From Octopus vulgaris (lineage: Eukaryota): a stretch of 64,000 nucleotides of DNA. The stretch's first letter is position 1; each line of letters opens with the position of its first letter. Below are positions 1-12,201 of this stretch, in pieces. The notes beneath the pieces were generated by a model. That model had not been told where the DNA came from. It did no database searches and worked only from the letters and a program-made list of their open reading frames with translations. Both the position numbers and the translations under genes were made by a program. The stretch lies in contig OX597832.1 in the NCBI GenBank assembly GCA_951406725.2, positions 55,242,001-55,306,000 on the forward strand, given 5' to 3'.

Positions 1-387
1 GTGTGTGTGTGTGTGTGTCTGTATGTCTGTGTGTTTGTGTGTACGTGCATGCGAACGTATGCGTGTGTTTTCCTGCGTTTCTGGTTCTCTTCTGTATCCG
101 TGTATACCATTTGCGTGGTTGAGATAGAAACAACCTCTTTACAAACATCCTCGCGCACAAACAATGCACTTACTAACACACACACACACACACATACACA
201 TGTACTCACAACTCAACACACACACACACACATTGACACTCGATTTATCCACGTAATTACACACGCATACACTCCCACGCAAACATACACAAACACACAC
301 AAAGAACTCGTACCAATACACATACGTACATGACTACACACGGACATATTCAGCAAAGAGACACACACACACACATATACTTACATA

Positions 388-595
388 TACCTATTTCTTT
401 ATTACCCACAAGGGGCTAAACATAGAGGGGACAAACAAGGACAGACATATGTATTAAGTCGATTACATCGACCCCAGTGCGTAACTGGTACTTAATTTAT
501 CGACCCCGAAAGGATGAAAGGCAAAGTCGACCTCGGCGGAATTTGAACTCACAACGTAACGCAGACGAAATACCGCTAAGCATTTCGCCCGGCGT
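388..595 (-). mobile_element. SINE-A (tRNA-derived), tail type 1
   Basis: B-box GAGTTCAAATTCC, core CTTTGCCTTTCATCCTTTCGGGGTCGATAAATTAAGTACCAG, tail ...CCCCTTGTGGGTAATAAAGAAATAG. Confidence 0.85.
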
Positions 596-633
596 GTGTA
601 TACATACGTACACCGACATCTTTTCAAGCATAT

Positions 634-696
<63 letters not shown>

Positions 697-726
697 AAGA
701 AACGCACACAGGTACACATCTATGGT

Positions 727-1266
727 CTTTTATTCTTTTACTTGCTTCAGTCGTTTGACTGCGGCCATGCTGGAGCACTGCCTCTTAGTCGAAGAAATTG
801 GCCCCAAGACTTATTCTTATAGTACTTATTCATTTCTACTCTAGGCGCAAGGCTCGAAATTTTGGGGGAAGGGTGGGGGCCGAGTCGATTACATCGACCC
901 CAATGCGTAACTGGTACTTATTTAATCGACACCGAAAGGATGAAAGGCAAAGTCGACCTCGGCGGAATTTGAACTCAGAGCGAAAAGACGGATGAAATAC
1001 CGCAAAGCATTTCGCTCGGCGTGCTAACGTTTCTGCCAGCTCGCCGCCTTCTTATAGTACTTATTCTGTCGGTCTCCTTTGCCGAACCGTTCGGTTACGG
1101 GAACGTAAACACACTAACATCGACCGTCTGGTGATGTGGGGAGACAGACAGACAGACACAGACACATACACACACAAATACGCTCACACACACACACACA
1201 CACATATATATACATATATACGACGGGCTTCTTTCAGTTTCCGTCTACCAAATCCACTCACAAGGA
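727..1266 (-). mobile_element. SINE-B 3' part with a SINE-A (832-1048) nested in it
   Basis: 18-bp TSD TTCTTATAGTACTTATTC at 814-831 and 1049-1066. Confidence 0.85.
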
Positions 1267-1650
1267 TATACACCGACATCTCCAGAAAGCACGCACGCAC
1301 ACATACATACATACATACATTCACACACACACTTTCACTCGTATACAAACTTAAACTCACGCACACATACGTACACACACACACGTCCATATATTCATAC
1401 GAATATACGCATATACACGGACAACTCCACAAAGCGCCCACACACACACACACATACACACAAGCACACACACACACACACATGCTAATATGCTCGTCGG
1501 TGTAGCAGATGGTCAACAAGTTTTAAATAACTATTTGCTGTTCTATTAGTTGTTTGTCCAGTCTCAAGCTATCAACGATAAATCACAATTGTAAAACCGT
1601 GAGATGAAGAGGTAGAGTGTGCGGCGAAAGAGAGAGAGAGAGAGAAGCAC

Positions 1651-1718
<68 letters not shown>

Positions 1719-1720
1719 GG

Positions 1721-1754
<34 letters not shown>

Positions 1755-1788
1755 GGAGATAGATAGATAGATAGATAGATAGATAGGG

Positions 1789-1830
<42 letters not shown>

Positions 1831-1848
1831 GGAGATAGATAGATAGAT
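1651..1848 (+). repeat. (GATA)n microsatellite with interspersed GGGA variants
   Basis: Directly visible. Confidence 0.95.
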
Positions 1849-3489
1849 AATGAAAGGTATGCAAAAAGGGGGGTATTTATTGTAAGACAAAGAGAGCGGT
1901 GCAAAGGTAAGGAGGGATGGCGAGGCAAGAAAAGCGATGGCGTTTATGAAGTGTTAATAACTCTCAGTTCGAGTGTTCTAATTATTTTCCATTTCTGCGC
2001 ATACACAATCCCCATCGTTACTCCCTCCGACTCTCACTTCCTTTTCTTTATTTCATCTCCCACTGCTCCTCTCGTTACAACTGCCTCCCCTTCCTTCGAC
2101 TCCTCTTTCCCCCCCCTTCTTCTCCCTACGCTTTCCGTGATGACCGTGTCATTAGACCGAGTTGTTTGTAATTGTATAGTGATACATAGTAAAAATAAAA
2201 AATAAAAAAACAGTGATGTCGCTATCAGCTTGTAATCCCCTCGTTGGTTTGATTTGGTTTGGTTGTTGTTCGGTCGTCGTGGCGGTTTTAAGAAGGCGCT
2301 GTTGGGCTTGTGAGATGTTTTTGTTGTTAGAGGGCCGCTAATCAACGGCTATTTGCGATGACAATTAGTGAAATATTGCCGACAAAATGATAGATGAATT
2401 GTTCTGGTGGTGGTGGAGCTGATAGTGGTAGCGGCGGCGCTGATAGTGGTGGCGGCGGCGTGGTGGTGAATAAGTTGCTGATCGCGGTGGAGGTGGTGGC
2501 GCAGACATTCGTAGTGAGCGCGGTGTAACAGGATATGGCCCAGAAATCCTCGTTTTAAAAATAAAAAAAAACAGTTGTGTGACGCCGTAAATGAGACAGA
2601 TCTTCTATCTCTTACTCGTCTCGGCCAACTGAGCTGCGGTCATGCTGGGGCACCGCCCTGAAAGTTTTTGTTTTTGCTTTTAGTCGAACGAAAGCTTCCC
2701 CGCTGCTTGCGTTTTTTTTTCTTTTCTTTTTAAAGTCTGATACGTTTTCTATCGAATCGCTGAGTTACGAGGACGTAACCAAATCAACACCGGTTGTCAA
2801 GTGGTGTATGTGTGTGTGTGGTTAACCACAGTTTACAATATGATTAAACTTAATATGAATGTATGCACGATCCGGTACACACATTATATGTCGAACAAAC
2901 ATTGTCACGTGACTGAAGATTGAGTTTTTGGATGATGTGTTTGATCTATAAAAATTGAACAACTAAAAATTGGTGTATTTACGTCCACGTAACATTAGCG
3001 GTTCGGCAAAAGAGACCGATAGAATAAGTATTAGGCTTCCAAAGAATAAGTCCTGGGGTCGATTTGCTCGACTAAAAGTTGGCGCTCCAGCATGGCCGCA
3101 GTCAAATGACTGAAATAAGTTAAAGAGTATATGCTAGTTTTTTTTTTATAAATATTATGTTCAGTAAGGCAGCGAACTTGCAGAATCGTTATCGCGCCGG
3201 ACAAAATGTTTAGCGGCCTTTCGTCCGTCTTAACGTTCTGTGTTCAAATCCCGCCAATGTCCACTTTGCTTTTAGCGTTTCGAGGTGGATAAAATAAGTA
3301 CCAGTCGTGCACTGGGTTTGATGCAGGCATTAATCAACGAACTATGTAGTTGGGACAGAGACCTCTTACCACACACATCCGCACCACGAAACGTAGTATA
3401 CGCAGCAATAAACACCACCGAGAAAGTAGTTCGGTGACTCGTACGTCGACGTATTGGTTGCCGAAACAGTTACATATAAGCAATGTAGG

Positions 3490-4090
3490 CATCCGTGCTA
3501 GTGGAGCGCTAAGAGCACCATCCGAGCATGATCGTTGCCAGAGCAACAAGCTGGTCTCCGGGCCGATGGCATGTAAAGAGCACCATTCGAGCGTGATCGT
3601 TACCAGCGTCGCCTTACTGGCACTTGTGCCGGTGGCACGTGAAAAAAACATTCGAGCGAGGTCGTTGCCAGTGCCGCTGTACTGGCTCCTGTGCAGGTGG
3701 CACGTAAAAGCACCCACTACACTCTCGGAGTGGTTGGCGTTAGGAAGGGCATCCAGCTGTAGAAACTCTGCCAGATCAAGATTGGAGCCTCGAGGTCGTT
3801 GCCAGTGCCGCTGTACTGACTCCTGTGCAGGTGGCACGTAAAAAACACCATTTGAGCGTAGCCGTTGCCAGTACCACCAAACTGGCCCTCGTGCCGGTGG
3901 CACGTAAAAGCACCCACTACACTCTCGGAGTGGTTGGCGTTAGGAAGAGCATCCAGCTGTAGAAACTCTGCCAGATCAAGATTGGAGCCTGGTGTAGATC
4001 ATCTGGTTCGCCAGTCCTCAGTCAAATCGTCAAACCCATGCTAGCATGGAAAGCGGGCGTTAAACGATGATGATGATGATGATGACGACG
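3490..4090 (+). mobile_element. Family D non-autonomous retroelement with internal ~65-bp tandem repeats and an RTE-like (GAT)n tail
   Basis: Repeated GTGCCGGTGGCACGTAAAAGCACC units; duplicated GGTTGGCGTTAGGAAGGGCATCCAGC block; ends CCATGCTAGCATGGAAAGCGGGCGTTAAAC(GAT)n. Relatives at about 56890-57155, 29915-30060, 60890-61020 and 61910-62010. Confidence 0.7.
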
Positions 4091-4386
4091 AACGAGTTGT
4101 ACAGAAAGAAACGATGAGAAACAGTGGCGCCATTCCCGTGGACATTCACTACAGGTTGTCAACCTGAAATGTCATCGTCGTCACATTTTCTAAACCTGTT
4201 GTCCTTCTCTGGGAACGAGAGTGCCAGCAGTAACTCCCAGTCACATTTTTCTCATTTACACATAGGAGAAATATCGTTTTGTTCTCTGCTATACAATTTT
4301 CATTTTCCTCCGATCAACATTCGCCATGTTACAAGTACTTTAGCAATCCAATCTACAGTACATATACCCACGGTATAAACATCGTA

Positions 4387-4817
4387 AAAGGCGGCGAGCT
4401 GGCAGAAACGTTAGCACGCCGGGCGAAATGCTTAGCGGTATTTCGTCTGCCGTTACGTTCTGAGTTCAAATTCCGCCGAGGTCGACTTTGCCTTTCATCC
4501 TTTCGGGTTTCGGGGTCGATAAATTAAGTACCAGTTACGCACTGGGGTCGATGTAATCGACATAATCCGTTTGTCTGTCCTTCTTTGTCCCCTCTGTGTT
4601 TAGCCCCCTTGTGGGTAGTAAAGAAATAGGTATTTCGTCTACCGTTACGTTGTAAGTTCAAATTCCGCCGAGGTCGACTTTGCCTTTCATCCTTTCGGGG
4701 TCGATAAATTAAGTACCAGTTACGCACTGGGGTCGATGTAATCGACATAATACCTATGCCTGTCCTTGTTTGTCCCCTCTAAGTTTAGCCCCTTGTGGGT
4801 AGTAAAGAAATAGGTAT
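4387..4817 (+). mobile_element. SINE-A dimer flanked by a 153-bp direct duplication
   Basis: Head plus two body-tail units; flanks 4234-4386 and 4818-4970 are near-identical. Confidence 0.9.
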
Positions 4818-5292
4818 CTCCCAGTCACATTTTTCTCATTTACACATAGGAGAAATATCGTTTTGTTCTCTGCTATACAATTTCTATTTACCTCCGATCA
4901 ACATTCGCCATGTTACAAGTACTTTAGCAATCCAATCTACAGTACATATACCCACGGTATAAACATCGTATTCAACTAGAATACATCTATTTCTTTTGCC
5001 TTAAGCTTTTAGGTTTGCCGGGCTTTTGTGGCGCATTTATTCTGCAAAGCTTTGACAGGGCTTAGAATTACTGTTGCAGCAAAGAAGAAGACCATACATT
5101 TCATCACTGAAGCTATAGAGAAGAGTACTAGGTGGCTTTTGGATTAAAGAGGCTAAACCAGCCGTTAGCTGGGACTTGATCCAGCCGGAGTTGATGCTTG
5201 AGGGACCCGAAATCTGATGGTGAAATACCCGAAGATTTTTATTCCATCTCAATCACAGATTTTTTTAACTAATTTTTTTTTAGTGGCTGTAT

Positions 5293-5660
5293 AGGCGCAG
5301 GAGTGGGGGTGTGGTAAGTAGCTTGCTTATCAATCACATGGTCCCGGGTTCAGTCCCACTGCGTGACACCGTGGGTAAGTGTCTTCTACTATAGCCTCGG
5401 GCCGACCAAAGCCTTGTGAGTGGATTTGGTAGTGGGAAACTGAAAGAAGCCCGTTGTATATGTATATATATATATTATACATATATATATATGTTTGTGT
5501 CTCTGTGCTTTCCCCCAAAAAATCGCTTGTGTGTTTATGTTCCCGTTACTTAGCGGTTCGGCAAAAGTGTCCGATATAATAAGTACTAGGCTTCCAAAGA
5601 ATAAGTCCTGGGGTCGATTTGTTCGACTAAAGGTGGTGTCAAATGATTGAAACGAATATA
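5293..5660 (+). mobile_element. SINE-B (tRNA head, CORE-like block, internal TA/TG microsatellite)
   Basis: GGCGCAGGAGTGG...GGTAAGTAGCTTGC...GGGTTCAGTCCC head; matches other copies. Confidence 0.85.
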
Positions 5661-5664
5661 AAAA

Positions 5665-5910
5665 AACACTTTGAAACTTCGGATACTGGTAGAATTTCTC
5701 ACGTAGAATACTGTTTACTCTGGACGCTTTTTCCAAAATTGCGATAGTAATCGAAGAGGAGCAACTTCCGACCCATCTCTACTAAATGTTGATTGGTTGA
5801 AATTACCCAAATTCGACAACTTTAACACGAAAAAACTTCTAAAATAAGAAATTTTGTCAAAAACGTTCGACTCGAGAAATTCTACCAGTATTCGAAGCTT
5901 CAAACTGTTT
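5665..5910. mobile_element. Eroded fold-back MITE related to the GGATCT family
   Basis: Inverted arms AAACACTTTGAAACTTCGGATACTGGTAGAATTTCTC / GAGAAATTCTACCAGTATTCGAAGCTTCAAACTGTTT, similar to the subterminal region of 30964-31391. Confidence 0.6.
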
Positions 5911-5934
5911 AGTTTTTTAAAAAATAATTAAGAA

Positions 5935-6340
5935 GTCGCAGGAGTGGATGTGTGGTAAGTAGCTTGCTAACCAATCACATGGTTCCGGGTTCAGTCCCAC
6001 TGCGTGGCATCTTGGGCAAGTGTCTTCTGCTATAGCCCCGGGCTGACCAATGCCTTGTGAGTGGATTTGGTAGACGGAAACTGAAAGAAGCCTATCGTAT
6101 ATATGTATATATAAATATGTGTGTGTCTGTGTTTGTCCCCCTAGCATTGCTTGACAACCGATGCTGGTGTGTTTACGTCCCCGTCACTTAGCGGTTCGGC
6201 AAAAAAGAGACCGATAGAATAAGTACTGGGCTTACAATGAATAAGTCCCGGGGTCGATTTGCTCGACTAAAGGCGGTGCTCCAGCATGGCCGCAGTCAAA
6301 TGACTGAAACAAGTAAAAGAGTAAAAAGAGTAAAAGAGTA
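5935..6340 (+). mobile_element. SINE-B, full length
   Basis: Head, CTTGGGCAAGT CORE-like block, tail GGTGCTCCAGCATGGCCGCAGTCAAATGACTGAAACAAGTAAAAGAG. Confidence 0.9.
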
Positions 6341-7001
6341 AGTCTGTGATTGAGATGGAATGGATTCAGACCCGAAATTCCCTGAGGCCCCAGTGACAAC
6401 CCTGATGGTGCATGCCAGAGCAACCGTGAGGTATATTTTGGAGCTAAAAAGAATAGTGTTGTTACCCCTCGAATGCGGCGGCAACCCAATACAATACACG
6501 ATCTCTTCTAATGGTTTATTCTAGCCCTCATTCGCGTTATGTTTCTGTTTACTCTCCTTCAGCAGAAAAAAAAACCTCACATCGGTTTTTTTGTTGTTGT
6601 CAGGTTCTGATGGAGCCGTAAATACGGTGAAAACTAAAACCAAAAGAACCAATTAAGATACAAAATAACAATTAACACCAATTAATAGTATTCATTATTT
6701 ACGTCTGCTGTTGACGAAAATATTCGCGCGACTATGTGGGTGTGCGTGTTGTAGTTTGTGAATTTAGAATTTTTTTAGTCTATTTTTTTGTAATTACTTT
6801 TTATTTGTTTGTTTTTTGGTTTTGGTTTCATTGTTTACCACAAATAATATTTATGTGTATTTGTTTACCTAGTTTTAAATATAGGCTGTAAAACTAGGAG
6901 CGTTTTAGTTTGTGTTTCTTACCAACTGGGGGTGCCTGGTCGGTCTCCTGACAAAGCGAACAGCAGCCATACACACACATTTACACATTCTCTTACTCCC
7001 T

Positions 7002-7037
<36 letters not shown>

Positions 7038-7556
7038 GTTACCCTCTCTCTCTATTTCATTTACTTCTTATCCTTTTCCTTCTCTGTTTTAAAGAAGAAG
7101 CAAAAAAAAAAGAAGCCCCTTGTTCTTGCTCTTTAAATGATTTGCCGTAAGCTTTTCAGCCTCAATAAAACCGACAAATTGTATATGGCTGAGTGCTAAA
7201 GTAATGGAAGAGAGGTTGGGTGGGGGGTGGGGGGCAGGTTAGATAGACGTGGGGCGGGGGGCGAAGGAACGTTTCAGGAAGTAATGCGATCGGTAAAGTT
7301 TGTAGTGGTTAGAAGGAAAGTAATGGCGGTTGTGATGGTGGAGGTCAGGACGTTTGGAGTTATCGCATAGCTGCCCCATCGGAGTGAAACGGAGGTGGGA
7401 GCGGGATCGAAGGAAAGGGGTATAGAGGAATACTTGTTAATGAGAACACCTGTGTCTGTCAACATGGCCATCACCTATCACTATTAATATTATTAAGATG
7501 GCGGAGCTGGCAGAAAGGTTATAGCGCGCCGGGGCAAAATTCTTAGCGGCATGTTG

Positions 7557-8287
7557 GGATCTCTTCGGTTTGACCAGCAGTTTTTTTTAAATAATTTCCA
7601 CTTCGTATACTGGTAGAATGTGTTTATAAAACATCTTTTTCTCTTGGCTTTATTGAGAAAATTCTATAGTTTGTAAGATATTTGTTGTTTTTTTTCTTCA
7701 ATTTCTGCAATTTCAAGCGATCAATGACGTCTATTGAGGTGAAAACATTCTGTGCTGTATGAATATGTCCCTCGTTTAAGAAACAGATTGGGCTTATTTA
7801 CATTTGTGAAGAAAAAAAGATGCCCTTCCCTCCACACCTAACCCTAAAACATTGAAATGCAATAGATCGATACTAGGGTCATAATTATGGGTGACAATTT
7901 CATATGACACCGCTAGAAAAAACTGCCGTTCAAACCGAAAAGATCCAAAGAAAACGGCTGAAAACCTCTGACCTAGAGAGATTTTATTCGGTCACAAGAC
8001 AGCTAGTTGTTGTTTTCTTTTTCTTCAATTTCTGCAATTTCAACCAACCACTGACGTCTATTGAGGTAAAACATTCTGTGCCGTATGAATATGTCCCTCG
8101 TTTAAGAAACAGATTGGGTTTATTTACATTTCTGAAGAAAAAAAAAAGATGCCATTCCCCCCACACCTAACCCTAACTCTAACCCTAAAACATTGAAATG
8201 CAATAGATCGATACTAGGGTCATAATTATGGGTGACAATTTCATATGACACCGCTAGAAAAAACTGCCGTTCAAACCGAAAAGATCC
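7557..8287 (+). mobile_element. Composite MITE (GGATCT TIR family, Merlin/MULE-like) inserted in a SINE-A head
   Basis: TIR GGATCTCTTCGGTTTGA / TCAAACCGAAAAGATCC; 8-bp TSD GCATGTTG (7549-7556, 8288-8295); extra internal right TIR ending at 7946 and a duplicated right half. Confidence 0.85.
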
Positions 8288-9180
8288 GCATGTTGTACGG
8301 TATTTTTACAATCTGAGTTCAAATTCCGCTGTGTGTGTGCTGTAATTATTAAGTTTGTTTAAATATCACACTCCATATAGCAACGGCCTTCCTGGAGCAC
8401 CAAGTGCAAGTATTGACGGTTTTCCTTTTTTTTTTTTCTTGTGATCTATACTCCGGTTAAATGTCAAGAGGTCTATTTTGCTGTTGTTTCTTTCTTTTGT
8501 GTTTAGTATCGCTGTGAATTTGGTGGAGGCTAACCAATTGTAGTTAAAAACCTTCTCTAAGCCTCCTTTAGTTTTCCGTAGGAATTTCGTTCCCAACTAA
8601 AAATGCTTCTTTTATGTAAACATTAAATCGATTCCAAAACAAGACTGAAAAATAGCGGTAGGAATTAAAATCACTTGTACACCCTTTTCCCGCCCTCATG
8701 TCCCCCCCCCACTTTGTCTTGTTGTTGGTTGGTGTTAGCGGGTGAGGAATGAGAGCCTACTTCAATTCGCAGCTAATAATATTTGTCTTCCATCCATAAA
8801 TTAACAGCAACATGGCTACACTATGCAGAAACGCCCACATAAATATTTTTTTAAAAAACTACAAACCTAAACAATTGCATTTAATTTTTTTTTTTTTTTA
8901 CAAACTGTATACACAAAAAGGAAGAAGAAAAAAATAAGAATTCAGATTTTCGGCAGAATACACTTATTTCACGCAAAAACAGAAAAATCACCGTTTTTTC
9001 TTTTTTTTTTTTTTTTTTACGGAAAATCACATTATTTCATACAATTTGGCGTCTTTAAATAACGATAGCAACAACAGCACATTTTTTTAAACGAAAAAGA
9101 AAATGGGGCGGAAAATTGTTTTTGTGTGATAAAGAAGACAATTCCAGTTTTCCTTCCGCCAACAAACAGGCTCTGGTTAG

Positions 9181-9310
9181 AAATTACCTGGCTGAGATAA
9201 ACTCCGCAGAAAAAGCTGGTAGAAGTCACTTCGTCTCGTGTTACGTCATCCAATACTGCACGCGCGTGTGAATGATGCTTCAGTCGCCATCTTGCGCTAT
9301 AATTTCCTTT
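9181..9310 (-). promoter_or_regulatory. Candidate CpG-rich promoter / first exon
   Basis: YY1-type CGCCATCTT (9285-9293), CRE-like TTACGTCA (9241), CCAAT (9250), and a minus-strand CAG|GTAATT donor at 9188/9187. Confidence 0.3.
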
Positions 9311-9368
9311 GCACAAACGGTCTGATTTTCTTAAAGATTATGCGTTTTTAGAATTTTTTTTACCGTAT

Positions 9369-9787
9369 GGATCTTTTCGGTTTGAACGGCAGTTTTTTCT
9401 GGCGGTGTCATATGAAATTGTCACCCATAATTATGACCCTAGTATCGATCTATTGCATTTCAATCTATTTTAGGGTTAGGGTTAGGGGTGGGGGGAAGGG
9501 TATCTTTTTTTCTTCAGAAATGTAAATAAACCCAATCTGTTTCTTAAACGAGGGACATATTCAAACGGCACAGAATGTTTTCACCTCAATAGACGTCATT
9601 GATTGGTTAAAATTGCAGAATTAGAAGAAAAAAAACAACAAATATCTTACAAACTATAGAATTTTCTCAATAAAGCCAAGAGAAAAAGATGTTTTATAAA
9701 CAGATTCTACCAGTATAAGAAAGTTTAAAAGTGTTTAGTTACGTGGAAATTATTTTTAAAAAACTGCCGTTCGAACCGAAAAGATCC
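9369..9787 (-). mobile_element. MITE, GGATCT TIR family
   Basis: About 28-bp TIRs; TSD TACCGTAT/TACCATAT; internal (TTAGGG)n. Confidence 0.9.
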
Positions 9788-9834
9788 TACCATATATATA
9801 TATATATATATATATTCTAGTTCACTATAGAAAC

Positions 9835-10345
9835 TATCATATTGATAAAACTTAGATAAAAATTAGATATGTTTCGACCAAAGATTGGTCGAGGCCATGT
9901 CTAACTTAATATCACCACCTGATAGGATTATCTAAATCCTTTTAAAGTCAAGTTTTATTTATGGTCCATTCAAGTAGTGAGTTCTTGTTGAGTGAGTTGT
10001 ATCCAGGTATGGGTGGCTTATCTGATATTCCTTGAAGAAATCTGTCCAGACTCCTTTTAAAGGTGATGGGATCCTTTTCCTCTTTAATCCGTTTTGGGAC
10101 AATGTTAAACCGGGCAGAGCCTGTTGAGGAAAAGAAATTATGTCGCAGTGTACCTATATGCTGTGATCCTGAATTGGGCAGGGGACGTATGGCCTGTGGT
10201 CCCAGCCTTGGATGAACCTTGAAGCTAATGTTCAGGTCATTTGGGCAATGCTGGCGGTATATTCTCCACATTGTATCGCTCGTGGCGGCGCTGGAGAGAG
10301 TAGAATTTCAAGGCTTTAAGGCGGTCCCAGTAATCGAGATTAGCA
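9835..10345 (-). mobile_element. 3' fragment of a CR1/L2-type LINE (ORF2 C-terminus and 3'UTR)
   Basis: Minus strand reads LDYWDRLKALKFYSLQRRHERY, then MWRI...FKRSLDRFLQGISDKPPIPGY...NSLLEW, typical of CR1-group RT C-termini. 3'UTR stem-loop GACCAA-TCT-TTGGTC. Confidence 0.8.
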
Positions 10346-10849
10346 TTAGTGTCACAGGTGACTCGCGAAGTGTAGAACGAATATTACATTGCTTCTGTAC
10401 CGTAGCAGTCACTGTCGATACACACGGTAGGCAAAGTGTTAAAGAACATCTATAGACGGTTCTGGCCAATGTATTTCTTCCGGCAAATGCCGCAGAGTTT
10501 ACCGATTTTGTGTTCGTAATGTTCAAAGGAGAGAACGTGGCGAAGAAGTTGTCAAGTGAGTAGTGCGTCACAACATCTGCTCAGAAGCTCGTACGATGGC
10601 GATATTTGGGGCAGCAAAACGCAAGGCCATAATAAAGAATAACAAGTTAACTCTTGGCTGGCAGTCAATTTTGTAACACGGTACAGGCAATTAGGAAACG
10701 GTTTTTTTTTTTATCTAATACCTTTACATATTGTATAACAGTTTTGACGCACGCTTTGCTTTTATATATGTGTATACATTACCAGACGTTCTGTAACCGC
10801 TTTCCAACAACACGTTTTTCTATGAATGAAAGGCTCATGGAGGCTAAAA

Positions 10850-10891
<42 letters not shown>

Positions 10892-10893
<2 letters not shown>

Positions 10894-11056
10894 GGCGGTG
10901 AGTTGGCAGAATCGTTAGCACGCCGGGCGAAAATGCTTCGCAAGATCTCGTCTATCTTAACGTTCTGACTTCAAATTCCGCCAAGATCAACTTTGCTTTC
11001 ATCCTTTCGGGGTCGATTAAATAAGTACCAGTTATGCACTGGGGGTCGTCGTAATC
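10892..11056 (+). mobile_element. SINE-A after (TTA)n
   Basis: Head and core match the family. Confidence 0.8.
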
Positions 11057-11203
11057 GGGAAGCAGTGCTCACAATTATTCTCGTGTCCTACACTACAAGC
11101 CGCTCTTGAGTTCATCCTATTTTAGACATTTCTTCTCATGTGTCCACTCATATTTTGCCTTATCACCGTGCTGTTAATACTTAGAAGCTTGTCGTAAATA
11201 TTG

Positions 11204-11246
<43 letters not shown>

Positions 11247-11757
11247 AAGGAATGGTGTTGTTGATGGCGTAACGTGAGATGAAGTGGTTTCTACCGGGAA
11301 TAGAAGCTAAGCAGCAAACTGAAACTGCAGATGCTCGCTTCATTCGCCGGAAGTATATGCGGCTCTCTTCGCTCTTGTAGTCCAACGGAGTTATGTATGC
11401 AGTAAATAAATATATATATATATATATATACGTATAATCTTAACGTGGCGATGTCGAGATTAGAGAAAGACACCCAATAACAATTGTGGATTACTCTTTA
11501 CTCTTTTACTTGTTTCAGTCATTTGACTGCAGCCATGCTGGAGCACCGCAAATCACTGCAATAGTTTTTGTGGATTTGCCCCACCCGCTAGTTGCTGATT
11601 GTTTCACGTATTATACACATTCTTGCATTAATGTGATCCAACAATAGCCGTGCACCTTCTTCAGGTAGCCGACAGCCGTGGTAGAGCTTTGTAAAGCTCG
11701 CTATAAAATCATTACCCAAATGATATAAAATTATATATGTATATATATGTATATATG

Positions 11758-11795
<38 letters not shown>

Positions 11796-11806
11796 TATAT
11801 ACGAAT

Positions 11807-11870
11807 ATAGCGCCGATGACGGAAATCAAACTACTTTTCTATGTTTGTGATCCAGAAACATGTTCGTTAT
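11807..11870 (+). ncRNA. Degenerate minimal hammerhead motif
   Basis: AUAGCG-CCGAUGA-CGGA...UCCA-GAAAC-AU-GUU^CGUUAU. Helix I has 6 bp and helix III is palindromic (ACAUGU), but the core has U4C and the helix II closing pair is mismatched. Confidence 0.4.
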
Positions 11871-12201
11871 TAACGGTAAGTGACTGTTTGCGTCTATTTG
11901 CTACTCCGGTTTTGTGTATGTGAGCCACACGGGCCTTCGTTTTTGGAATCTCCACTTACAGAAAATGGAAAAAACAGTCTTTGACTGCCATTTCTAATTC
12001 CTTCGGTATGAGGCGAAACGGCCTGCTGCTAGCCCTCTTATTTACTTTACTATATACTGAACCTTACAAAGTTCCTGACGATAAATTTGTCGTATTTACA
12101 TACCGAAATTTACCGGTAAATAATTGTTGGTTACATGAAAAACCACACAAAAATTATTTACCATTTTTATTGCATTATATATATATATATATATATATAT
12201 A

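Noticed and set aside
477-995. Recurrent peptide MRNWYLIYRPRKDERQSRPRRNLNS, resembling a multigene family
   Set aside because: It is the antisense reading of the SINE-A core, with variable frameshifts and stops between copies.
3334-3917. 163-189-aa ORFs
   Set aside because: They lie in the GC-rich internal tandem repeats of family D and show no recognisable protein motif.
11590-11670. Minus-strand CUGAAGA...GAAAC as a fourth hammerhead
   Set aside because: No convincing helix I or III, and no properly placed NUH triplet.
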